A stretch of DNA of 62,092 nt, counting the filler, from Porpidia crustulata (Eukaryota): the NCBI GenBank assembly GCA_964255105.1. It is 6 parts of 6 records of this genome, joined end to end, with 100 filler letters (N's around TTAATTAATTAA, not from the genome) between each part and the next. Parts side by side here need not be neighbours in the genome. Positions count along the whole stretch, not along the records: positions 10,371 to 20,639 come from CAXUWE010000800.1; positions 20,740 to 31,004 come from CAXUWE010000801.1; 4 more parts are not named here. The stretch is one strand, 5' to 3'. The notes under the pieces are model-generated. The model had not been told where the DNA came from. It worked only from the letters and a program-made list of their open reading frames with translations, and made no database searches. Every line of letters starts with the position of its first letter. The first letter of the stretch is position 1. Below are positions 13,242 through 25,063 of this stretch, piece by piece. The translations under genes and the position numbers were made by a program.

Positions 13242-16204
13242 ATGGAGCTGTCACGTCAAGAGTATCCCGCGCTGCTGGTAAGTGACCCGTGGGCCTAACT
13301 TCCATTGGGACCGGTTCAATTGCTGAACTTTATTAGAATGGCCTTCAGCCCAGTCAAGCTGTCGCGATCTTGGAAGAGCGAGTTAAGCTGGTTGGAAAGG
13401 TCAATATCGACATTGCAGAGTTTCTAGCAGTGAGTTTTTCCACCGACTAATCTTACAGCATGGTTTTGCTCATGGTCCACACAGGAGAGGCGGCGCGTCG
13501 AGGAAGCTTATGTGCAGGGATTGAAGAAAGTCATTGGCAGACAGCCGCAAAACGTCAATTCTGAGCTTGGGTATGGATATGAGCCTGATATGGAGTGTTG
13601 AACAGGGGCTAAGTCACTCAGCATCTTTCAAGCGCCTTGGGAGAATATCGTTCGATCGACAGAAACCTTGGCCCAGTCCCATGGTACTTTTGCTCAAAGA
13701 CTAGAAGCGGATGTGGAACGGCCACTGCGCGATTACCAGAATAAGAGCAGGGAGATGCAGGCTATGAGTACTATACAGGGTAACCTGGTAGCAGTGTCTC
13801 GAGAACTCGAAACATCCCAGAAGCGAGCAGACAAGTTAAGAGGCGGAAAATCAGGGGCGAACAAAGTCGCCAATGCAAGTTCTGACTTTGAGAACGCCAA
13901 CCAGCAATGGTTAACTCAAGCTCCCTACGTCTTTGAGCAGTTGCAAGCTCTGGATGAAAGTCGAGTAAATCATCTACGTGATGTGCTCACTCAGCTCGAA
14001 ACCCATGAAGTTGATCGGATCGAGAGAAATCGAATTGCTGCGGAAACCTGCTTGAACGTGATACTGAATTTGAACACTGCAGATGAAATCTCGGCTTTTG
14101 TCGCACGATCATCTTCCAGTGCACCAACTATACCTACAAGACTAACTAGCAGAATAACATCGGGAAATACGCTAGGTCTCCCACCACCATCAAGAGGTGG
14201 AGATGACGGTGCAAGTGAGAGATCAGCAAGCTCAGGAGGCGCTCTGAGGTTAGGGTCTGGTCCTGTTGCTGGTAGGAGATTCCTAGCGTTGAGCTCAGCA
14301 ACTAAGCTTACGTTCAGTAGCCCCAGAAAAGCGTAGTGGTTTTGGAGGTCTGCGGCGGCTGGGTACTGTTATGGGTCGGAGACCGAAAGACCCAAAACCG
14401 ACGCAGCCTGTACCATCCTCAGAGAAAAGGTCTCGACCTAACCGTAATCCTCTTCGACGAGGACCTAGCTCGAGAGACATGCAAACCATTCCATCACCAG
14501 AAGATTCAATCTTACATCTGCCTTCACCTTCAAAGCGTCAAGAACCTGCAACGGTGCCGCGCCCTAAACAACAAGCACCAGTCGAGCGGTCTCAACCGCC
14601 TCCAGAACCACAGCGCGCAAATGCTCAATCCAATGGAGATACAATTATGCCAGTCCCGTTAGGGGCGTCCGGTGGAACCCAAACCAACGGAGTGAATGAG
14701 AACCGCGGTACAGCTCCCATAGAGCCTGAGGCCTCCCTTTCCCCGAAACCGCCCGCGGCAGAGGTCAGTACGATCGGGATAGATCGTCCTTGGCCCTACT
14801 GATATTTGGCTTGTAGCATGACAATGATGGCTTCAGTGTTCCGTCAGCCGCCACCGATGACATAACACGCGCCCAGCAGGAAGCCGCATCAGTGTAAGCA
14901 ATATCCTCGTTCTCATTTAGAGGAGCCGAGCCACTGCTGAGACATCTAGCGATACCGAATCACCTGCGATAAGGCTGGACATTAGGGATGAGCCCATACA
15001 AGAAGAGGATGGTGATGCCCAGTCAGCGTTATCAAGCGTCGCCAGTAGATTACGAGAAGTCGGTGTTCGAAAGCTCTGTGAACACGGATGTATGCTGACT
15101 TTACTACAGCAAGCACAACAGGTGGCTACGCCACGTAAGCCAACTGGAAATCGAGGTCGTAGAGATGTGCGAAATACAATATTCGTACCAACCCCCCAGA
15201 CACCAGAACCTCCCAGCACAGCGGATCCCCTGGCTCCGTCGATGTCGCCATTCAATATCCCAAGGTCGCCGCCTATGCCTTCCGACGCTCATCATGCGTC
15301 GGATGCGCAATCCATTCGATCTCAAAACTCCCTAAGTAGCATGGCAAACAGTACTCCCATAAGACATCCAGAAATGCACCAACCCGGCCTAAATGCCTCG
15401 GTTGTTGAAACCGTTAGCGCATGGTTTGTGCAAGGCCGAATAACAAAAGCTATTGTTATAGGTGAGCTTGCACTCTCGCACACCGCCCTTGAGACTTCTA
15501 CCCAAACTTCGGAGAGCATACGGCTAGAAAATTTCCCGGTTCTCGAGAAAGTCGCGCCGAACCCAAACTTCATTACTCAGGTACCTTCGAAAGCTGGCGA
15601 ATATTCCGTCGCTTTATCTCAGATCTCGCGCACCACCGTGGCGTTTAAATATCAAGTTCACCTCGATGAAGGAAATCTAGCCGCTCATGCACCGATGGTG
15701 CTTACGCCAAGCTGGAAGATGGAGCCGACACAAGCATCGGTGATATTGAACTACGCATTTAATCCTGCATTTGCCTCTCCGACCGGCAGAAGCGTCTCAT
15801 TGAAGAATGTCATGGTCCTGATCACGCTCGACAATTCGAAAGCGTCAGCGTGCCAATCGAAACCAGTGGGCACGTTTTCCAAGGAGAAGTCCTTAATCTA
15901 CTGGAAGCTAGGCGATATCACTCTCGATGGCTACGCAGAATCACCGCACAAGCTCCTTGCCCGCTTCAGCACGGAAGCTGAGGCGAAGCCAGGAAACGTG
16001 GAAGTTCGATGGGAAATCAGTGGAGACGGAGCAACGGGTCTTGGGAGTGGATTGGGCCTCAGCCATTCGGCCAACCCCAAGGAAGAAGGGGGGTCCGACC
16101 CCTTTGCAGACGAAGGCACGACGACAACGACGACACCGGCGGGAGCGTGGAAAGAGGTGCCGATATTGCGCAAGGTGGTGAGTGGAAAGTATGTGGGTAA
16201 TTGA
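13242..16204 (+). CDS. SYP1: Muniscin (F-BAR plus mu-homology domain) endocytic adaptor
   Basis: MELSRQEYPALL start; F-BAR segments (ERRRVEEAYVQGLKK, QAPYVFEQLQALDESRVNHLRDVLTQLETHE); C-terminal muHD (PGLNASVVETVSAWF...GELAL...LENFPVLEKVAPN...SGKY). Several GT-AG introns. Confidence 0.92.
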
Positions 16205-17443
16205 GTGGCTGTGATGATACAGTTTTGCCTTATCGTTATTTTGTCTATACCGTCCGTCATTGGAATGCTGATTGCGTGTTGACATTGTTACTGTCTATAT
16301 GGGACGCGCCACGGTGCTTATTCAGGCAGCGTAGAACCCCATCAAGGGTACGAAAGCATATCATTACAACCTTGTTATGCATGCACGTATGCACCTGCAA
16401 ATTTGCTTCAAGATCCTTTGCACAATTCATAAACCTACGATCATGGGCGGCGCAGTCCCTCGGCCGGATTGGAATTAATTACATCTCCTTATCCATACGT
16501 CCCCACAGGCAAACCCAGCCGAGCTTTGGCAAGTGTTGGTCTCACGAATGCTTCATGCTTTCCCGTTGCAGTCAACGCCTCCTGGTCCATACGCCGGCCT
16601 GATTCCCTGCGTGAATTAAACCTCCTATGATCTCCGTGTTCGACACCGCTCTTAGGCTACATGATTCGATCGTTGAAGACTTGTGCAATGTAGGTACGTG
16701 ATGCGTGGTCTGACATATGGCGAATTTTGAAAGGCGCACTGTGATTCGTGCTGGGGGGTAATGCAGGACATGCAACGCTCGATAGTCTGATAGCGAACAC
16801 TTCCTCATTGAGCGGAACCGATAGATCCTTCGACCTTGAAATAACGCGGGATGATTTTAGCTGCGTCCTTGATGGTGGTGGAGGCGGCCCCTGAAACTGT
16901 AGCGTTGCTATGAGGACTGTTTGTTGATTGGTTGATGTGGCTGAGTAAGCGGGTAATCCAATGTTTATCGCGTTGAAATTGAAATTGAAATTGATTTCTT
17001 GGCGCAAACGGGAAATTGCCAAACGAAATTAGAGATCGACGCCGTGCCCGTCGTCTCTCCCACTATCCTTCTCGCACTCACCCACTTCGTCGCCTTTTTG
17101 AATCATCCACACTCGTTGTCATTCTTTACCTCAACAGACCTTACTGTCGCTGACCTGCTGTGCTCGTCGCCCTTCTTTTATCGACTTGCTTCAGACGCAT
17201 TCATTTGGTTCAAATAGTCTCCCTAATTCGTTCCCTCCGTAAAGTACCTGGTGCGCTGAAACAAACCAACCAGTTTCAACCCCAACAGCAATCCGACCTT
17301 AATTCACTTTAATATCACCGTCATAACAATCTTGGGGAATCAAAAATCACGCGTCGTCTGGAACGCCGAGAGTCATAGCCACTCTGCGTTGCAAATCTGC
17401 TCTGTGACCATTCTTTGATCTACTTGCTGCTGCATAGCTCAAA

Positions 17444-19454
17444 ATGCATCAACACCACGCGAAACACCACCTCCACGAGCGGGCTGTCAACCTCGAAGCT
17501 CGCGATGCGACCATTGTTCAAGTAGTCTATTCAACAGCTGCGAAGACATTCGACGGACCAATCGCCGGATATAGTACCTTTGATGCGCCATCTGCTGCTC
17601 CAACGACGCATTCCAACAAAAAAGCCCCAGCTCCTGCTCCTACTTCTACTCAGGACTCACCAACCTTTGTGCAACCTTCGACATCCGCGCAAACTCAGCC
17701 CAGTTCGACCGCCAACCCATCCCCGACGCCAGTCGTCCAGAATACCCCGACCCAGCAAACCTCGAGCCAAGAGCCAACAACAAAATCCTCGAGTTCTCTG
17801 TCTAGTGTACAAGCCGTGTCATCCTCCACTCCAACTCCGATCCCGTCAACACGAAGCAAATCTAGCTCGTCTAGCCAATCATTGAGTGACACCGTTGCGG
17901 CAATTACATCGTCGAGCTCGACACCCTCATCATCGGATACTCCTACACCGACGTCCTCGTTTGTCGCTCAATCGGCAGCAAGCTCCCCTTCGAGCACGCC
18001 AACTGCAGCTGCAATAACTCAGTCAAATGGCATGACAGGTGGAGCTAAAGCGGGACTGGTCATTGGAATACTTCTTGGACTCGGCGCATTGCTGGCATTA
18101 GTTTTCTTCTGCTACCGACGTAAGAAGAGGCAAGAAAATGAGAATTACGAGAAGCACGACGACGAAAAGGCTCAGACGTCATTTGCCAACGAGGGCGGTG
18201 TTGTCGGCGTCAATCGTGGTCCTGTTGCACGTGCAGCCGAAGGAACATCGACCGCTCCGCAATTGAGCCTACGTCCAGTAACGCAATTTTCTCCAGACCT
18301 TGCTGCACAGAAAGCAAGAATCAATGCATTGGCTGCAGGTGGTCTATCTCAAAATCAGACTAACGATCCAGCCAATCCATTCGGTCATCATGCGGAAGTG
18401 TCCGAGAAATCTGTCCCCTTGACACAGCCTACCAGCCCGACAAACCCGTTCGGTAATCATGCAGAAATGGACTTAACCACGGCCAATGGAACATCTGTAC
18501 CCGCAGCTAAAATTCCTGCTCCACTGCGTGTCAAAACTCCTACCCCGGAAGCTATTGCTGTCGCCGCTGGTGGTGCTGCTGCGGGCGCTGGGATTGCCGC
18601 CGCTGCTGCTGGAGCTGGACGTCACAACGCTCCCAAGCCTCTCAACCTTAGTCCAAACCGTCCGATGACTAGCGGTTCAGAACGTCCAATGCCAAGTCCG
18701 GCCGGGACCGAGTTTAGTGTGAACTCCATTACCCCTTCAGCTGCAGCCAATGGGCCACCTCCAAGCAATGTCCACCGCATCCAGCTTGATTTCAAACCAT
18801 CCATGGAAGACGAACTAGAACTACGCGCCGGTCAGCTCGTGCGACTTTTGCACGAATACGATGATGGCTGGGTGAGCATTCACTTGTTTAATTTTATATA
18901 GTTGTTGCTGATTAATTTACTAGGCGTTGTGCATACGCCTTGATCGCTCCCAGCAAGGTGTTGCGCCTCGTACTTGCCTCTCTGCGCGTCCCGTTAAGCC
19001 TCGCCCCCCACCAGGTGCACGTGGACCAGCCCAAGGTCCCAGAGGACCACCACCAGGAATGATGAATCCAGGACAGCAACGACCAGGCTCGCCTGCTGGT
19101 GGTCGTGGGCCACCAAGTCCTTACAATCGCGCTCCCAGATCAGCCTCTCCAAGGCCAGGTCAACAGCAGCGATCCATGTCACCCGGCCCATACGGCGGCG
19201 GACCCCAGCGCTCCAACATTCCAGTCCCGGGACAGAAGCGACGCAGCAACTCCGCAAGCGATGTGCGCGAGCGAAGAAACAGCCCTCCCGGTCCAAGTCC
19301 AATGAACCCAAACGCCGTCAACGCTCCTCCTCAACGGAGTCCCACAGCTCCGACGCAAAGCCAATTCAAAACCCCACCGGAGTCTTTGCGCAGCGGACGC
19401 AGCGGCACCGCCACGCCCCCTCAGCGCAAGCCGGTTCCGGGACAGGCAATGTGA
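17444..19454 (+). CDS. Single-pass membrane protein with S/T-rich ectodomain and cytoplasmic SH3 (Fus1-like architecture)
   Basis: S/T-rich tract, TM AGLVIGILLGLGALLALVFFCY followed by RRKKR, SH3 VHRIQLDFKPSMEDELEL...YDDGW/ALCIRLDRSQQGVAPRTCL across intron 18872-18923, Pro-rich tail. Confidence 0.85.
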
Positions 19455-20174
19455 CCGGCTCGCCTTTTGACTGTATATAAAACATTGACTGGACGAATTT
19501 TTTCAACCAAAGCTTCCTTCCATCCGGACGGGTTCTTGATGGGAGCGCAACGAATCATAACAGGGATCATGCGGGGTCTTTTCCTAAAAAAATTTTAAAA
19601 TCATCAATCTTCAAGCTTTTGACAAATCTTCGATTCTTGAATGCGAAGGGGAAGGGACGTGTGGCTCCAGAACCAATTTTTTTTTAACTTCGATTCTCAG
19701 ATAGAGCAGTGGATTTGGATGACTTTCTTCCAAAGATACCAGCACTTTCGTTACACTTGGTTGAGAAGAATTCACTTCTTTCTTAGCTAGTGCTTGTGCT
19801 TTCTCCTCTTGTGGGAAAAGGAGGCAGATGTATGGTAGCCAGCGTTAGACGGAGACGGAGAGTGTACAATAGCAAAATCAATTTATCCCTGGGACGCGGG
19901 GGCACTGCGTGCTCTACTCCTAAAGCTTGAATATCTTCTCGTATTTGGTGACGTAACCTTTGGCCCTATGAAACTCTCTCTCGCTATAGCTATCTCTGAC
20001 CCCCAAGCTAATGCGTAAATAGTAGTCACAAAACTGCTTACGGAAGGGGAGAGGGTGAGATTAGGGAGGTGGAGGGGGGGCGAGGAAAGAAGGATTTTTA
20101 TCAAAAGATTTTGAGGGATTTTGACGTATAGAGATGAGAAGAGATGGGGAGATTATGATATTCAGTAACATCGT

Positions 20175-20639
20175 TGTTCTTCAACTTTCTCCAGCTCTTC
20201 TCAAGCACTTTTACTTCCTTCTCTACTTTTCTTTTCTTCTTCTTTCAAATTTTTCTACCTTTTTTTTCTTTTCTTTTCTTTTCTACTCTCCCCCCAATAC
20301 TTTCATCCTTCTTCTTTTATTCCCTCAATCTTGCTCGAGCACTTTCTAGCACTTTCTTCTACTTTCTTTCCTCAAACACTTCTTTGTTTCCTTTTCGTTT
20401 CTTCTCGAAATCTGTTATATTGCAGGAGAGACGAAAAAGATGGAAAAGATGGAAAGAATATAAAAAAAGAGAGAGAGGCGAGGGGGGGGGATGAAAGCGC
20501 GAAAGGGTGTGAGAGAGAGGCAGTGTAGGGAGGGAGGAAGGGTAGGAGAGGAAAGGAGAGGACGAGAGAGGGGAAAGGTTGTTTTCGATGTGCGCTGCCG
20601 GATGACATGAGTATGAAGGGTCGAAGGGTGGGAAGAGGG
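20175..20639. repeat. Low-complexity polypyrimidine tract followed by polypurine tract
   Basis: C/T-rich 20175-20405, then G/A-rich 20425-20580, at the contig end. Confidence 0.8.
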
Positions 20640-20739
20640 NNNNNNNNNNNNNNNNNNNNNNNNNNNNNNNNNNNNNNNNNNNNTTAATTAATTAANNNNN
20701 NNNNNNNNNNNNNNNNNNNNNNNNNNNNNNNNNNNNNNN
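20640..20739. other. Artificial contig spacer
   Basis: N44-TTAATTAATTAA-N44. Confidence 0.99.
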
Positions 20740-21259
20740 CGACTCAATCCACAACCCTTTTCACCCTAAGTCAGCCCATCATATATCTCAACAAGAAACA
20801 TGAAAAAACAACGGAAAAACACGAAAAAACAGAAAAAGAACACGAGCGAACAGCGAAAAAGCAGTGAAAAAACAGGTGAACAAAACCAATCTTAACGAAG
20901 AAACAAAACGACGACATCTAAATCAGCGAGAAATCACGTGTTGATCTCAGTTCGAGAATATTATATATATACATCAATGTTTACTCAATCCCGACAATCC
21001 TTCAGCATTCAAGAATCCCCAACTCAGGTCCCCGCGACTCATCGTCGTCAGAGGAGCGCCTCGTACACTGCACAGTCCATACATCGATGTCGCCTCTGCC
21101 GAGACTTGAGCGCGAACAATTCTGATTGTTGGCACAAAATGCGATCGCACCTGTTCCTTTGATAATTCACTATATATATTAACTTCCAACACTGATAGCA
21201 AGTGCGGGCACAACTTTTGAGTCCAAAATGTTGACACGCGGAGCTTCACTCATCTACAC

Positions 21260-24200
21260 TTGCAAGCCTTCTTACCGTACGAGACGGATGACAAAGAAAC
21301 TCGACGCTTTATCAGATCATGGATCAACGAGCCGCTTCGAGTTCCAGACTCAGACTTATTGCAGATCCTCCGATGTCAGCCGTCTGTCAAGCGTTCCCCA
21401 AAAATAAATTATACTACAATATGTCACTACAGATCGTGGGCGATGACGCGCGAACAACTGCAGGATGTTCTCTTTCACTTACAAGAACACAGCCGCTTCT
21501 TCAGGCGAGCGTAGCACTGGATACGTATCTTCCGTTTAGCAAAACCCAATCAGATTATCACTTTCCATTACGTCGGCAAGACTACATATCCAAGCAGTCC
21601 ATATGCAAGATTTTACGAGGATTTGAGACAAGTCAGAGGCTCGTTGCTATTCCGCCTGTTCCAATCCGCCTTGAAACCTGTTTTCCCTTATGTCTACGTA
21701 AGCGGGTATCCATATTTGCTGAGTGACTTCAGTATCAAATGGTTTCTAGAGAAAGATGAAAACAAATTCGGGATCCTTGATGATAGATACGAGCGCTTCC
21801 CCATATCTTTTTTCAACCCACGCGCGCTTCTCAATCAACAGCAAGGTGGTAATCCAATCGACTTCATATCACCTATTGAAGATGAAGCCCTTTCCTATAC
21901 ATACAGAACAACCACGGTCACCAAAGCTCAGAAGCCGTTGCACCCAAGCCCTTGAAGCATACATCACCAGCCTATTCGCTTTTCCGAGAAGTTCCAGACT
22001 GTATCAGAACTCCGGGCTCGATACCCGGGAACGAAAGAATAGCGTTGAATGAAAGATATTTGGACGCTTTGTGTTTCCAGAGTATCCCCCACTCGATCAA
22101 TGATCAGAATATCGTGGCTTTCTGTGGCCTGGCAGCCTCCAAGAGAAGCTTCAAGGAGGGTCTATGCTTTTCCCAAGGACAAAATAAGTCGGCACGGTTC
22201 GTCAGCGAGATGTTAGACCACCTCATAGAGAGGTCTTGTCGGACAAAATGCGACCGCACCTGTCCTTTGCTTATTCATTATATATATTAACCTCCAACAC
22301 TCCCTATCCATGTGCAGGAGTGATTCATCCCGAAGCAGGTTGCTTGACAGCGCGTAGTATTTTCATCGCTACGTCGATGTTTCAAATGTGGGCTTCCTGG
22401 CCATCGATCCACTACCTGCCCCCAGAATAATAAGGGAAAATCGGAGCAGGCGCCGGCTCGGATCCAGGAAACTGATATGGATACTAGCGATCAGGAAGAC
22501 CTCGAAGCAGAAGACCTTGACGACTCGGAAAACTAGTGGCCCCCAGCGAGGACGCGTTGGGGGGCTCCCTTTTGATTTCTTCTTTCAGTTACGATGATCT
22601 ATTTGCCCGGTCTCCCTTGCTAGTCGATTCAACTCTTTCTTCGGAACACCGAGAGATTATTTTCCGGGCTCATGACCCGTTGAACAAATCGCGACCACAC
22701 CTATCCTTTGAATCCACTATATATATGTATATATTGACCGCCAAAAAATCCGAGGTTTAATCATCGAAACGTAGAGGAACTTTTTAGGCGCACCAATCTC
22801 TTTAACTGGTCACCAGCTCTAGGTAAAGACGTTTGGGTGGCGTCAGTAAGTACCCAAAGCCTCGCTTTTTCCTTATTGCGAAACCCTACTTACAATCCTG
22901 TCTCGCTAAGGAATTCCTCAGGCGTTGGCTAGATATAACATACCCACTGATCGTCACTACCTTTGGTCATCTGACTTCTGGCGTTGTGCATTCGAACTTC
23001 CAACGGCGAAGCCGTTTGGGCAACAATGGGTAATCATTCCTTCAATTCTATTGGTAAGCAGTGACTTACAGTGCAAAGTGACTATCTCAGACATGTTGGT
23101 CATGCACGGCTCGTTTACTTTCCAGATCCCAAGCTCAAGCGTAACGCGGACCTATTACGCAAAAGCGCATTCATTGCAATTCCACACATGCACCCCGGAT
23201 CCAACTCAAGAGACAGTCAAAGCATTCCGCAGCGAAGAATATGCCTGCTAACGTATGTTCTGCTAATGTATGTTCTGCTAACGTATGATCTGCTAACGTA
23301 TATTCTGCTAACGTATGTTCTCACTATCTGGAAACCGCAATTAACGTGGTGTTAAATCCTCATTCCGACCTCTCTAACCATTAAAGTCTATGCGAATCCA
23401 TCATGAGCAGCGCCGATGCCAGGCTGATAGATACCGGGTTTTGGCGTACGTTCGAAGGTGCAAAGACTGAGGTGAAGAGTACTTCGCAGCTATTGCGAAT
23501 TAGTGACCTCCGGAAGAGCAAAGCAGCCAAGGCGCCGACTGTAAATCGATCTAGGAAGCCTAAACAAGGCCAAACAAAGGCAAGTGAACACATATCTGCA
23601 TTTCCGGAGAAAAGCACCGTCTACGAGTGGGTCAATGAGTCCCTCGGCGGTCTTGCATCTGGGTCGATCGATGGGAATGAGCCATTAAATGTCCTCATTG
23701 AAAATCCCACCGAATATATTCTTGTCAACCTCTCCGTGGACGACGTCCTTGAAAGGAGACACAATGGTGATCCAAGCTCCCTCGGAGCGCCCTCGGACAT
23801 TCGTATGGCCCCTAGAGCGATCCAACATAAGGACTCTGACAAAGTACTCCTGGGTGACTGTATACCTGCTAGACCGACGCTGGACGATGAATCTGTTGAT
23901 AAATTATTGGGGGAGCTTTCCAAGACCGAAAGGAGTGATGAGGAGCCTGCTCAGGGTTCTCCGAGTTCTAGAAGTCTTGCCTCTCTAGAAAGTGGAAACT
24001 ACGATGGGGAATAGCCCTCCAGAGCTATATCACCATCATCACTAGAATTTGTCAACACTTTTCCAAGCACATATTCCGAAACCAGCAAATTCAAAAAAGA
24101 TTTTGCTCCGATTGGGAAATTTCAATGGACAAATGAAGAGGATTGGAGTAACCTGTTCGAGGAAGAAAATTGTCCTAACGGTGGATATCAAGCTAGGCTA

Positions 24201-24960
24201 GACCAACATTCATCCTACCAGTGAGAGTTTATTCTCGATATCCAATCTGGGCAGCAAGCCCTTGGATCACAAAACTTCTTGGAACGATTGCAACAGGCAA
24301 GACATTTGTGGAAAGCTCACATCGGAGGTCTCCACGAAGTCTTTAGAAATGTCGATCAAAATCGTGGAGCTTAAGAAGGATTTGTTCTAGAACAGCCAAC
24401 AGGTTAATGGTTGCTTGGCTGTTTCGCTGCTATCAAGGAATACCATACAATGTGTCTCGGCAAACAGAACACTCTATCCAGCTTTCGTCGGCAAGCTGCG
24501 ACGGTCAACTGGCAGGACAACTTCGGGCAGCGCCGGGAGGCATTTCAAAAGGCCTGCAAGGAATATGACGTGCGCCAAAAAGACTGGATTGACTCGAAAC
24601 GAAAGCGAAAAAATTACAAAGGGACACTGGTCGACATCGATCTGTCTTCGCGCATGATGATATGGTGTCTCAGTTGGAACGACCTAATAGTTGGAATGAC
24701 AGGTTTTGAGGGAACAAGGCAGGCCTCAAAACGTGTGGTCAGAGTTCTATCAGAGACTCAGAGCTATGTTCTGGGTTGTATGATCAAGCAAGGCTTTCTG
24801 AGTAGACTACTCCATTCCTTATTATATCACAATATACTGACATAGGAATTAGTTGTACGAAATTTGTATGACGCGCTCGAACGGCCCTCTGGTAAGGCTC
24901 TTGATCTTGGAAATGAAGTGTGTCTGTTGGCCCCTAGGTTGATCCATTGGAAAACTATGC
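21260..24960 (+). pseudogene. Large disrupted gene; putative GIY-YIG-like nuclease plus UDG-like domain protein
   Basis: Collinear protein-like fragments broken by stops and frameshifts: 21260-21955 (one stop at 21512), 21952-22250, 22833-23030, 23071-23330, 23385-24014, 24411-24800. Motifs FHYVGKT...PYARFYEDL...ER...LLNQQQGG, then LDITYPLIVTTFG and FIAIPHMHPG. Intron-type 3' end tactgacatag near 24835-24845. Boundaries approximate. Confidence 0.6.
23245..23319 (+). repeat. 15-bp tandem repeat (CTGCTAACGTATGTT) x5
   Basis: Five near-identical units, read in frame as LLTYV/LLMYV/LLTYD/LLTYI/LLTYV. Confidence 0.95.
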
Positions 24961-25063
24961 TGAAGACTATGCTATTCTAGATTCGATACCCAACCCCACT
25001 TCTATCAAGCTTCTCACCAATGACTCTTGAGACTATGCTGTAAATGATTACTATAGAGCTTTC

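Noticed and set aside
20134..20608. F/L/S-rich hydrophobic ORFs
   Set aside because: Products of low-complexity polypyrimidine sequence.
21134..22745. Spaced repeats resembling a CRISPR array
   Set aside because: Eukaryotic context, only three degenerate copies, spacing of about 440-1100 bp and no cas genes.
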